This document shows, piece by piece, positions 1 through 12,849 of a stretch of DNA of 64,000 bases. The stretch lies in contig CAXKVF010000074.1 of NCBI GenBank assembly GCA_964057225.1, forward strand, positions 558,001 to 622,000. Reading direction: 5' to 3'. A program made the translations under genes and the position numbers. The notes beneath the pieces are model-generated. The model did no database searches. It saw only the letters and a program-made list of their open reading frames with translations, and was not told the origin of the DNA. The stretch is from Auanema rhodensis (Eukaryota > Animalia > Nematoda). Every line of letters begins with the position of its first letter. Positions within the stretch are counted from its first letter, which is position 1.

Positions 1-1056
1 CAAAATTAGATTCCCCATGTCCATATTAGTCTAAAAACAAATTTTTATTGATATTGGTTCATGGTAACCATGACTTTGAAATTTACGTGAACTTTAATTT
101 ATGCTAATTAAATGTACACGTGATGTGCACTTGGTATGTAACTCGCTTCACGTGAAAGATAAAGAGATGCGGTTTTCAAAATTAGATCCCCCATGTCCAT
201 ATTAGTCTAAAAACAAATTTTTATTGATATTGGTGCATGGTAACCATGACTTTGAAATTTACGTGAACTTTAATTTATGCTAATTAAATGTACACGTGAT
301 GTGCACTTGGTATGTAACTCGCTTCACGTGAAAGATAAAGAGATGCGGTTTTCAAAATTAGATTCCCCATGTCGATATTAGTCTAAAAACAAATTTTTAT
401 TGATATTGGTTCATGGTAACCATGACTTTGAAATTTACGTGAACTTTAATTTATGCTAATTAAATGTACACGTGATGTGCACTTGGTATGTAACTCGCTT
501 CACGTGAAAGATAAAGAGATGCGGTTTTCAAAATTAGATTCCCCATGTCCATATTAGTCTAAAAACAAATTTTTATTGATATTGGTGCCTGGTAACCATG
601 ACTTTGAAATTTACGTGAACTTTAATTTATGCTAATTAAATGTACACGTGATGTGCACTTGGTATGTAACTCGCTTCACGTAAAAGATAAAGAGATGCGG
701 TTTCCAAAATTAGATTCCCCATGTCCATATTAGTCTAAAAACAAATTTTTATTGATATTGGTGCATGGTAACCATGACTTTGAATTTTACGTGAACTTTA
801 ATTTATGCTAATTAAATGTACACGTGATGTGCACTTGGTATGTAACTCGCTTCAAGTGAAAGATAAAGAGATGCGGTTTTCAAAATTAGATTCCCCATGT
901 CCATATTAGTCTAAAAACAAATTTTTATTGATATTGGTTCATGGTAACCATGACTTTGAAATTTACGTGAACTTTAATTTATGCTAATTAAATGTACACG
1001 TGATGTGCACTTGGTATGTAACTCGCTTCACGTGAAAGATAAAGAGATGCGGTTTT

Positions 1057-4000
1057 CAAAATTAGATTCCCCATGTCCATATTAGTCTAAAAACAAATTT
1101 TTATTGATATTGGTGCCTGGTAACCATGACTTTGAAATTTACGTGAACTTTAATTTATGCTAATTAAATGTACACGTGATGTGCACTTGGTATGTAACTC
1201 GCTTCACGTAAAAGATAAAGAGATGCGGTTTCCAAAATTAGATTCCCCATGTCCATATTAGTCTAAAAACAAATTTTTATTGATATTGGTGCATGGTAAC
1301 CATGACTTTGAATTTTACGTGAACTTTAATTTATGCTAATTAAATGTACACGTGATGTGCACTTGGTATGTAACTCGCTTCAAGTGAAAGATAAAGAGAT
1401 GCGGTTTTCAAGATTAGATTCCCCATGTCCATATTAGTCTAAAAACAAATTTTTATTGATATTGCTTCATGGTAACCATGACTTTGAAATTTACGTGAAC
1501 TTTAATTTATGCTAATTAAATGTACACGTGATGTGCACTTGGTATGTAACTCACTTCACGTAAAAGATAAAGAGATGCGGTTTTCAAAATTAGATTCCCC
1601 ATGTCCATATTGGTCTAAAAACAAATTTTTATTGATATTGGTGCATGGTAACCATGACTTTGAATTTTACGTGAACTTTAATTTATGCTAATTAAATGTA
1701 CACGTGATGTGCACTTGGTATGTAACTCGCTTCACGTGAAAGATAAAGAGATGCGGTTTTCAAAATTAGATTCCCCATGTCCATATTAGTCTAAAAACAA
1801 ATTTTTATTGATATTGGTTCATGGTAACCATGACTTTGAAATTTACGTGAACTTTAATTTATGCTAATTAAATGTACACGTGATGTGCACTTGGTATGTA
1901 ACTCGCTTCACGTGTAAGATAAAGAGATGCGGTTTTCAAAATTAGATTCCCCATGTCCATATTAGTCTAAAAACAAATTTTTATAAATATTGGTGCATGG
2001 TAACCATGACTTTGAAATTTACGTGAACTTTAATTTATGCTAATTAAATGTACACGTGATGTGCTCTTGGTATGTAACTCGCTTCACGTGAAAGATAAAG
2101 AGATGCGGTTTTCAAAATTAGATTCCCCATGTCCATATTAGTCTAAAAACAAATTTTTATTGATATTGGTTCATGGTAACCATGACTTTGAAATTTACGT
2201 GAACTTTAATTTATGCTAATTAAATGTACACGTGATGTGCACTTGGTATGTAACTCGCTTCACGTGAAAGATAAAGAGATGCGGTTTTCAAAATTAGATT
2301 CCCCATGTCCATATTAGTCTAAAAACAAATTTTTATTGATATTGGTTCATGGTAACCATGACTTTGAAATTTACGTGAACTTTAATTTATGCTAATTAAA
2401 TGTACACGTGATGTGCACTTGGTATGTAACTCGCTTCACGTGAAAGTTAAAGAGATGCGGTTTTCAAAATTAGATTCCCCATGTCCATATTAGTCTAAAA
2501 ACAAATTTTTATTGATATTGGTGCATGGTAACCATGACTTTGAAATTTACGTGAACTTTAATTTATGCTAATTAAATGTACACGTGATGTGCACTTGGTA
2601 TGTAACTCGCTTCACGTGAAAGATAAAGAGATGCGGTTTTCAAAATTATATTCCCCATGTCCATATTAGTCTAAAAACAAATTTTTATTGATATTGGTGC
2701 ATGGTAACCATGACTTTGAAATTTACGTGAACTTTAATTTATGCTAATTAAATGTACACGTGATGTGCACTTGGTATGTAACTCGCTTCACGTGAAAGAT
2801 AAAGAGATGCGGTTTTCAAAATTAGATTCCCCATGTCCATATTAGTCTAAAAACAAATTTTTATTGATATTGGTGCCTGGTAACCATGACTTTGAAATTT
2901 ACGTGAACTTTAATTTATGCTAATTAAATGTACACGTGATGTGCACTTGGTATGTAACTCGCTTCACGTAAAAGATAAAGAGATGCGGTTTCCAAAATTA
3001 GATTCCCCATGTCCATATTAGTCTAAAAACAAATTTTTATTGATATTGGTGCATGGTAACCATGACTTTGAATTTTACGTGAACTTTAATTTATGCTAAT
3101 TAAATGTACACGTGATGTGCACTTGGTATGTAACTCGCTTCAAGTGAAAGATAAAGAGATGCGGTTTTCAAGATTAGATTCCCCATGTCCATATTAGTCT
3201 AAAAACAAATTTTTATTGATATTGCTTCATGGTAACCATGACTTTGAAATTTACGTGAACTTTAATTTATGCTAATTAAATGTACACGTGATGTGCACTT
3301 GGTATGTAACTCACTTCACGTAAAAGATAAAGAGATGCGGTTTTCAAAATTAGATTCCCCATGTCCATATTGGTCTAAAAACAAATTTTTATTGATATTG
3401 GTGCATGGTAACCATGACTTTGAATTTTACGTGAACTTTAATTTATGCTAATTAAATGTACACGTGATGTGCACTTGGTATGTAACTCGCTTCACGTGAA
3501 AGATAAAGAGATGCGGTTTTCAAAATTAGATTCCCCATGTCCATATTAGTCTAAAAACAAATTTTTATTGATATTGGTTCATGGTAACCATGACTTTGAA
3601 ATTTACGTGAACTTTAATTTATGCTAATTAAATGTACACGTGATGTGCACTTGGTATGTAACTCGCTTCACGTGAAAGATAAAGAGATGCGGTTTTCAAA
3701 ATTAGATTCCCCATGTCCATATTAGTCTAAAAACAAATTTTTATTGATATTGGTTCATGGTAACCATGACTTTGAAATTTACGTGAACTTTAATTTATGC
3801 TAATTAAATGTACACGTGATGTGCACTTGGTATGTAACTCGCTTCACGTGTAAGATAAAGAGATGCGGTTTTCAAAATTAGATTCCCCATGTCCATATTA
3901 GTCTAAAAACAAATTTTTATAAATATTGGTGCATGGTAACCATGACTTTGAAATTTACGTGAACTTTAATTTATGCTAATTAAATGTACACGTGATGTGC

Positions 4001-4750
4001 TCTTGGTATGTAACTCGCTTCACGTGAAAGATAAAGAGATGCGGTTTGCAAAATTAGATTCCCCATGTCCATATTAGTCTAAAAACAAATTTTTATTGAT
4101 ATTGGTTCATGGTAACCATGACTTTGAAATTTACGTGAACTTTAATTTATGCTAATTAAATGTACACGTGATGTGCACTTGGTATGTAACTCGCTTCACG
4201 TGAAAGATAAAGAGATGCGGTTTTCAAAATTAGATTCCCCATGTCCATATTAGTCTAAAAACAAATTTTTATTGATATTGGTTCATGGTAACCATGACTT
4301 TGAAATTTACGTGAACTTTAATTTATGCTAATTAAATGTACACGTGATGTGCACTTGGTATGTAACTCGCTTCACGTGAAAGTTAAAGAGATGCGGTTTT
4401 CAAAATTAGATTCCCCATGTCCATATTAGTCTAAAAACAAATTTTTATTGATATTGGTGCATGGTAACCATGACTTTGAAATTTACGTGAACTTTAATTT
4501 ATGCTAATTAAATGTACACGTGATGTGCACTTGGTATGTAACTCGCTTCACGTGAAAGATAAAGAGATGCGGTTTTCAAAATTATATTCCCCATGTCCAT
4601 ATTAGTCTAAAAACAAATTTTTATTGATATTGGTGCATGGTAACCATGACTTTGAAATTTACGTGAACTTTAATTTATGCTAATTAAATGTACACGTGAT
4701 GTGCACTTGGTATGTAACTCGCTTCACGTGAAAGATAAAGAGATGCGGTT
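1057..4750. repeat. Higher-order duplication of 10-11 monomers (boundaries approximate)
   Basis: Rare SNP sets (gcctgg, tcacttcacgtaa, tattggtc) recur 1,760 bp apart, as do the ORFs at 1509 and 3269. gtgtaag occurs at 1915 and 3851 (1,936 bp). Confidence 0.85.
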
Positions 4751-7700
4751 TTCAAAATTAGATTCCCCATGTCCATATTAGTCTAAAAACAAATTTTTAT
4801 TGATATTGGTGCATGGTAACCATGACTTTGAATTTTACGTGAACTTTAATTTATGCTAATTAAATGTACACGTGATGTGCACTTGGTATGTAACTCGCTT
4901 CACGTGAAAGATAAAGAGATGCGGTTTTCAAAATTATATTCCCCATGTCCATATTAGTCTAAAAACAAATTTTTATTGATATTGGTGCATGGTAACCATG
5001 ACTTTGAAATTTACGTGAACTTTAATTTATGCTAATTAAATGTACACGTGATGTGCACTTGGTATGTAACTCGCTTCACGTGAAAGATAAAGAGATGCGG
5101 TTTTCAAAATTAGATTCCCCATGTCCATATTAGTCTAAAAACAAATTTTTATTGATATTGGTGCATGGTAACCATGACTTTGAATTTTACGTGAACTTTA
5201 ATTTATGCTAATTAAATGTACACGTGATGTGCACTTGGTATGTAACTCGCTTCACGTGAAAGATAAAGAGATGCGGTTTTCAAAATTAGATTCCCCATGT
5301 CCATATTAGTCTAAAAACAAATTTTTATTGATATTGGTTCATGGTAACCATGACTTTGAAATTTACGTGAACTTTAATTTATGCTAATTAAATGTACACG
5401 TGATGTGCACTTGGTATGTAACTCGCTTCACGTGAAAGATAAAGAGATGCGGTTTTCAAAATTAGATTCCCCATGTCCATATTAGTCTAAAAACAAATTT
5501 TTATTGATATTGGTTCATGGTAACCATGACTTTGAAATTTACGTGAACTTTAATTTATGCTAATTAAATGTACACGTGATGTGCACTTGGTATGTAACTC
5601 GCTTCACGTGAAAGATAAAGAGATGCGGTTTTCAAAATTAGATTCCCCATGTCCATATTAGTCTAAAAACAAATTTTTATTGATATTGGTGCATGGTAAC
5701 CATGACTTTGAAATTTACGTGAACTTTAATTTATGCTAATTAAATGTACACGTGATGTGCTCTTGGTATGTAACTCGCTTCACGTGAAAGATAAAGAGAT
5801 GCGGTTTTCAAAATTAGATTAGCCATGTCCATATTAGTCTAAAAACAAATTTTTATTGATATTGGTGCATGGTAACCATGACTTTGAAATTTACGTGAAC
5901 TTTAATTTATGCTAATTAAATGTACACGTGATGTGCTCTTGGTATGTAACTCGCTTCACGTGAAAGATAAAGAGATGCGGTTTTCAAAATTAGATTACCC
6001 ATGTCCATAATAGTCTAAAAACAAATTTTTATTGATATTGGTGCATGGTAACCATGACTTTGAAATTTACGTGAACTTTAATTTATGCTAATTAAATGTA
6101 CACGTGATGTGCACTTGGTATGTAACTCGCTTCACGTGAAAGATAAAGAGATGCGGTTTTCAAAATTAGATTCCCCATGTCCATATTAGTCTAAAAACAA
6201 ATTTTTATTGATATTGGTTCATGGTAACCATGACTTTGAAATTTACGTGAACTTTAATTTATGCTAATTAAATGTACACGTGATGTGCACTTGGTATGTA
6301 ACTCGCTTCACGTGAAAGATAAAGAGATGCGGTTTTCAAAATTAGATCCCCCATGTCCATATTAGTCTAAATACTAATTTTTATTGATATTGGTGCATGG
6401 TAACCATGACTTTGAAATTTACGTGAACTTTAATTTATGCTAATTAAATGTACACGTGATGTGCACTTGGTATGTAACTCGCTTCACGTGAAAGATAAAG
6501 AGATGCGGTTTTCAAAATTAGATTCCCCATGTCCATATTAGTCTAAAAACAAATTTTTATTGATATTGGTTCATGGTAACCATGACTTTGAAATTTACGT
6601 GAACTTTAATTTATGCTAATTAAATGTACACGTGATGTGCACTTGGTATGTAACTCGCTTCACGTGTAAGATAAAGAGATGCGGTTTTCAAAATTAGATT
6701 CCCCATGTCCATATTAGTCTAAAAACAAATTTTTATAAATATTGGTGCATGGTAACCATGACTTTGAAATTTACGTGAACTTTAATTTATGCTAATTAAA
6801 TGTACACGTGATGTGCTCTTGGTATGTAACTCGCTTCACGTGAAAGATAAAGAGATGCGGTTTGCAAAATTAGATTCCCCATGTCCATATTAGTCTAAAA
6901 ACAAATTTTTATTGATATTGGTTCATGGTAACCATGACTTTGAAATTTACGTGAACTTTAATTTATGCTAATTAAATGTACACGTGATGTGCACTTGGTA
7001 TGTAACTCGCTTCACGTGAAAGATAAAGAGATGCGGTTTTCAAAATTAGATTCCCCATGTCCATATTGGTCTAAAAACAAATTTTTATTGATATTGGTGC
7101 ATGGTAACCATGACTTTGAAATTTACGTGAACTTTAATTTATGCTAATTAAATGTACACGTGATGTGCACTTGGTATGTAACTCGCTTCACGTGAAAGAT
7201 AAAGAGATGCGGTTTGCAAAATTAGATTCCCCATGTCCATATTGGTCTAAAAACAAATTTTTATTGATATTGGTGCATGGTAACCATGACTTTGAATTTT
7301 ACGTGAACTTTAATTTATGCTAATTAAATGTACACGTGATGTGCTCTTGGTATGTAACTCGCTTCACGTGAAAGATAAAGAGATGCGGTTTGCAAAATTA
7401 GATTCCCCATGTCCATATTAGTCTAAAAACAAATTTTTATTGATATTGGTTCATGGTAACCATGACTTTGAAATTTACGTGAACTTTAATTTATGCTAAT
7501 TAAATGTACACGTGATGTGCACTTGGTATGTAACTCGCTTCACGTGAAAGATAAAGAGATGCGGTTTTCAAAATTAGATCCCCCATGTCCATATTAGTCT
7601 AAATACTAATTTTTATTGATATTGGTGCATGGTAACCATGACTTTGAAATTTACGTGAACTTTAATTTATGCTAATTAAATGTACACGTGATGTGCACTT

Positions 7701-10700
7701 GGTATGTAACTCGCTTCACGTGAAAGATAAAGAGATGCGGTTTTCAAAATTAGATTCCCCATGTCCATATTAGTCTAAAAACAAATTTTTATTGATATTG
7801 GTGCATGGTAACCATGACTTTGAATTTTACGTGAACTTTAATTTATGCTAATTAAATGTACACGTGATGTGCACTTGGTATGTAACTCGCTTCACGTGAA
7901 AGATAAAGAGATGCGGTTTTCAAAATTAGATTCCCCATGTCCATATTAGTCTAAAAACAAATTTTTATTGATATTGGTTCATGGTAACCATGACTTTGAA
8001 ATTTACGTGAACTTTAATTTATGCTAATTAAATGTACACGTGATGTGCACTTGGTATGTAACTCGCTTCACGTGTAAGATAAAGAGATGCGGTTTTCAAA
8101 ATTAGATTCCCCATGTCCATATTAGTCTAAAAACAAATTTTTATAAATATTGGTGCATGGTAACCATGACTTTGAAATTTACGTGAACTTTAATTTATGC
8201 TAATTAAATGTACACGTGATGTGCTCTTGGTATGTAACTCGCTTCACGTGAAAGATAAAGAGATGCGGTTTTCAAAATTAGATTCCCCATGTCCATATTA
8301 GTCTAAAAACAAATTTTTATTGATATTGGTTCATGGTAACCATGACTTTGAAATTTACGTGAACTTTAATTTATGCTAATTAAATGTACACGTGATGTGC
8401 ACTTGGTATGTAACTCGCTTCACGTGAAAGATAAAGAGATGCGGTTTTCAAAATTAGATTCCCCATGTCCATATTAGTCTAAAAACAAATTTTTATTGAT
8501 ATTGGTTCATGGTAACCATGACTTTGAAATTTACGTGAACTTTAATTTATGCTAATTAAATGTACACGTGATGTGCACTTGGTATGTAACTCGCTTCACG
8601 TGAAAGTTAAAGAGATGCGGTTTTCAAAATTAGATTCCCCATGTCCATATTAGTCTAAAAACAAATTTTTATTGATATTGGTGCATGGTAACCATGACTT
8701 TGAAATTTACGTGAACTTTAATTTATGCTAATTAAATGTACACGTGATGTGCACTTGGTATGTAACTCGCTTCACGTGAAAGATAAAGAGATGCGGTTTT
8801 CAAAATTATATTCCCCATGTCCATATTAGTCTAAAAACAAATTTTTATTGATATTGGTGCATGGTAACCATGACTTTGAAATTTACGTGAACTTTAATTT
8901 ATGCTAATTAAATGTACACGTGATGTGCACTTGGTATGTAACTCGCTTCACGTGAAAGATAAAGAGATGCGGTTTTCAAAATTAGATTCCCCATGTCCAT
9001 ATTAGTCTAAAAACAAATTTTTATTGATATTGGTGCATGGTAACCATGACTTTGAATTTTACGTGAACTTTAATTTATGCTAATTAAATGTACACGTGAT
9101 GTGCACTTGGTATGTAACTCGCTTCACGTGAAAGATAAAGAGATGCGGTTTTCAAAATTATATTCCCCATGTCCATATTAGTCTAAAAACAAATTTTTAT
9201 TGATATTGGTGCATGGTAACCATGACTTTGAAATTTACGTGAACTTTAATTTATGCTAATTAAATGTACACGTGATGTGCACTTGGTATGTAACTCGCTT
9301 CACGTGAAAGATAAAGAGATGCGGTTTTCAAAATTAGATTCCCCATGTCCATATTAGTCTAAAAACAAATTTTTATTGATATTGGTGCATGGTAACCATG
9401 ACTTTGAATTTTACGTGAACTTTAATTTATGCTAATTAAATGTACACGTGATGTGCACTTGGTATGTAACTCGCTTCACGTGAAAGATAAAGAGATGCGG
9501 TTTTCAAAATTAGATTCCCCATGTCCATATTAGTCTAAAAACAAATTTTTATTGATATTGGTTCATGGTAACCATGACTTTGAAATTTACGTGAACTTTA
9601 ATTTATGCTAATTAAATGTACACGTGATGTGCACTTGGTATGTAACTCGCTTCACGTGAAAGATAAAGAGATGCGGTTTTCAAAATTAGATTCCCCATGT
9701 CCATATTAGTCTAAAAACAAATTTTTATTGATATTGGTTCATGGTAACCATGACTTTGAAATTTACGTGAACTTTAATTTATGCTAATTAAATGTACACG
9801 TGATGTGCACTTGGTATGTAACTCGCTTCACGTGAAAGATAAAGAGATGCGGTTTTCAAAATTAGATTCCCCATGTCCATATTAGTCTAAAAACAAATTT
9901 TTATTGATATTGGTGCATGGTAACCATGACTTTGAAATTTACGTGAACTTTAATTTATGCTAATTAAATGTACACGTGATGTGCTCTTGGTATGTAACTC
10001 GCTTCACGTGAAAGATAAAGAGATGCGGTTTTCAAAATTAGATTACCCATGTCCATATTAGTCTAAAAACAAATTTTTATTGATATTGGTGCATGGTAAC
10101 CATGACTTTGAAATTTACGTGAACTTTAATTTATGCTAATTAAATGTACACGTGATGTGCTCTTGGTATGTAACTCGCTTCACGTGAAAGATAAAGAGAT
10201 GCGGTTTTCAAAATTAGATTACCCATGTCCATAATAGTCTAAAAACAAATTTTTATTGATATTGGTGCATGGTAACCATGACTTTGAAATTTACGTGAAC
10301 TTTAATTTATGCTAATTAAATGTACACGTGATGTGCACTTGGTATGTAACTCGCTTCACGTGAAAGATAAAGAGATGCGGTTTTCAAAATTAGATTCCCC
10401 ATGTCCATATTAGTCTAAAAACAAATTTTTATTGATATTGGTTCATGGTAACCATGACTTTGAAATTTACGTGAACTTTAATTTATGCTAATTAAATGTA
10501 CACGTGATGTGCACTTGGTATGTAACTCGCTTCACGTGAAAGTTAAAGAGATGCGGTTTTCAAAATTAGATTACCCATGTCCATATTAGTCTAAAAACAA
10601 ATTTTTATTGATATTGGTTCATGGTAACCATGACTTTGAAATTTACGTGAACTTTAATTTATGCTAATTAAATGTACACGTGATGTGCACTTGGTATGTA

Positions 10701-12849
10701 ACTCGCTTCACGTGAAAGATAAAGAGATGCGGTTTTCAAAATTAGATCCCCCATGTCCATATTAGTCTAAATACTAATTTTTATTGATATTGGTGCATGG
10801 TAACCATGACTTTGAAATTTACGTGAACTTTAATTTATGCTAATTAAATGTACACGTGATGTGCACTTGGTATGTAACTCGCTTCACGTGAAAGATAAAG
10901 AGATGCGGTTTTCAAAATTAGATTCCCCATGTCCATATTAGTCTAAAAACAAATTTTTATTGATATTGGTGCATGGTAACCATGACTTTGAATTTTACGT
11001 GAACTTTAATTTATGCTAATTAAATGTACACGTGATGTGCACTTGGTATGTAACTCGCTTCACGTGAAAGATAAAGAGATGCGGTTTTCAAAATTAGATT
11101 CCCCATGTCCATATTAGTCTAAAAACAAATTTTTATTGATATTGGTTCATGGTAACCATGACTTTGAAATTTACGTGAACTTTAATTTATGCTAATTAAA
11201 TGTACACGTGATGTGCACTTGGTATGTAACTCGCTTCACGTGAAAGATAAAGAGATGCGGTTTTCAAAATTAGATTCCCCATGTCCATATTAGTCTAAAA
11301 ACAAATTTTTATTGATATTGGTTCATGGTAACCATGACTTTGAAATTTACGTGAACTTTAATTTATGCTAATTAAATGTACACGTGATGTGCACTTGGTA
11401 TGTAACTCGCTTCACGTGAAAGATAAAGAGATGCGGTTTTCAAAATTAGATTCCCCATGTCCATATTAGTCTAAAAACAAATTTTTATTGATATTGGTTC
11501 ATGGTAACCATGACTTTGAAATTTACGTGAACTTTAATTTATGCTAATTAAATGTACACGTGATGTGCACTTGGTATGTAACTCGCTTCACGTGAAAGAT
11601 AAAGAGATGCGGTTTTCAAAATTAGATTCCCCATGTCCATATTAGTCTAAAAACAAATTTTTATTGATATTGGTTCATGGTAACCATGACTTTGAATTTT
11701 ACGTGAACTTTAATTTTTGCTAATTAAATGTACACGTGATGTGCACTTGGTATGTAACTCGCTTCACGTGAAAGATAAAGAGATGCGGTTTTCAAAATTA
11801 GATTCCCCATGTCCATATTAGTCTAAAAACAAATTTTTATTGATATTGGTTCATGGTAACCATGACTTTGAAATTTACGTGAACTTTAATTTATGCTAAT
11901 TAAATGTACACGTGATGTGCACTTGGTATGTAACTCGCTTCACGTGAAAGATAAAGAGATGCGGTTTTCAAAATTAGATTCCCCATGTCCATATTAGTCT
12001 AAAAACAAATTTTTATTGATATTGGTTCATGGTAACCATGACTTTGAATTTTACGTGAACTTTAATTTTTGCTAATTAAATGTACACGTGATGTGCACTT
12101 GGTATGTAACTCGCTTCACGTGAAAGATAAAGAGATGCGGTTTTCAAAATTAGATTCCCCATGTCCATATTAGTCTAAAAACAAATTTTTATTGATATTG
12201 GTTCATGGTAACCATGACTTTGAAATTTACGTGAACTTTAATTTATGCTAATTAAATGTACACGTGATGTGCACTTGGTATGTAACTCGCTTCACGTGAA
12301 AGTTAAAGAGATGCGGTTTTCAAAATTAGATTCCCCATGTCCATATTAGTCTAAAAACAAATTTTTATTGATATTGGTGCATGGTAACCATGACTTTGAA
12401 TTTTACGTGAACTTTAATTTATGCTAATTAAATGTACACGTGATGTGTACTTGGTATGTAACTCGCTTCACGTGAAAGATAAAGAGATGCGGTTTTCAAA
12501 ATTAGATTCCCCATGTCCATATTAGTCTAAAAACAAATTTTTATTGATATTGGTTCATGGTAACCATGACTTTGAATTTTACGTGAACTTTAATTTTTGC
12601 TAATTAAATGTACACGTGATGTGCACTTGGTATGTAACTCGCTTCACGTGAAAGATAAAGAGATGCGGTTTTCAAAATTAGATTCCCCATGTCCATATTA
12701 GTCTAAAAACAAATTTTTATTGATATTGGTTCATGGTAACCATGACTTTGAAATTTACGTGAACTTTAATTTATGCTAATTAAATGTACACGTGATGTGC
12801 ACTTGGTATGTAACTCGCTTCACGTGAAAGTTAAAGAGATGCGGTTTTC

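Noticed and set aside
1-176. Identification as Brassica CentBr (176 bp), Arabidopsis CEN178 or alpha satellite; CENP-B box
   Set aside because: Only the length is similar. I see no sequence resemblance as I recall those families and no TTCG....A..CGGG motif, and a CR1-group LINE points to an animal host.
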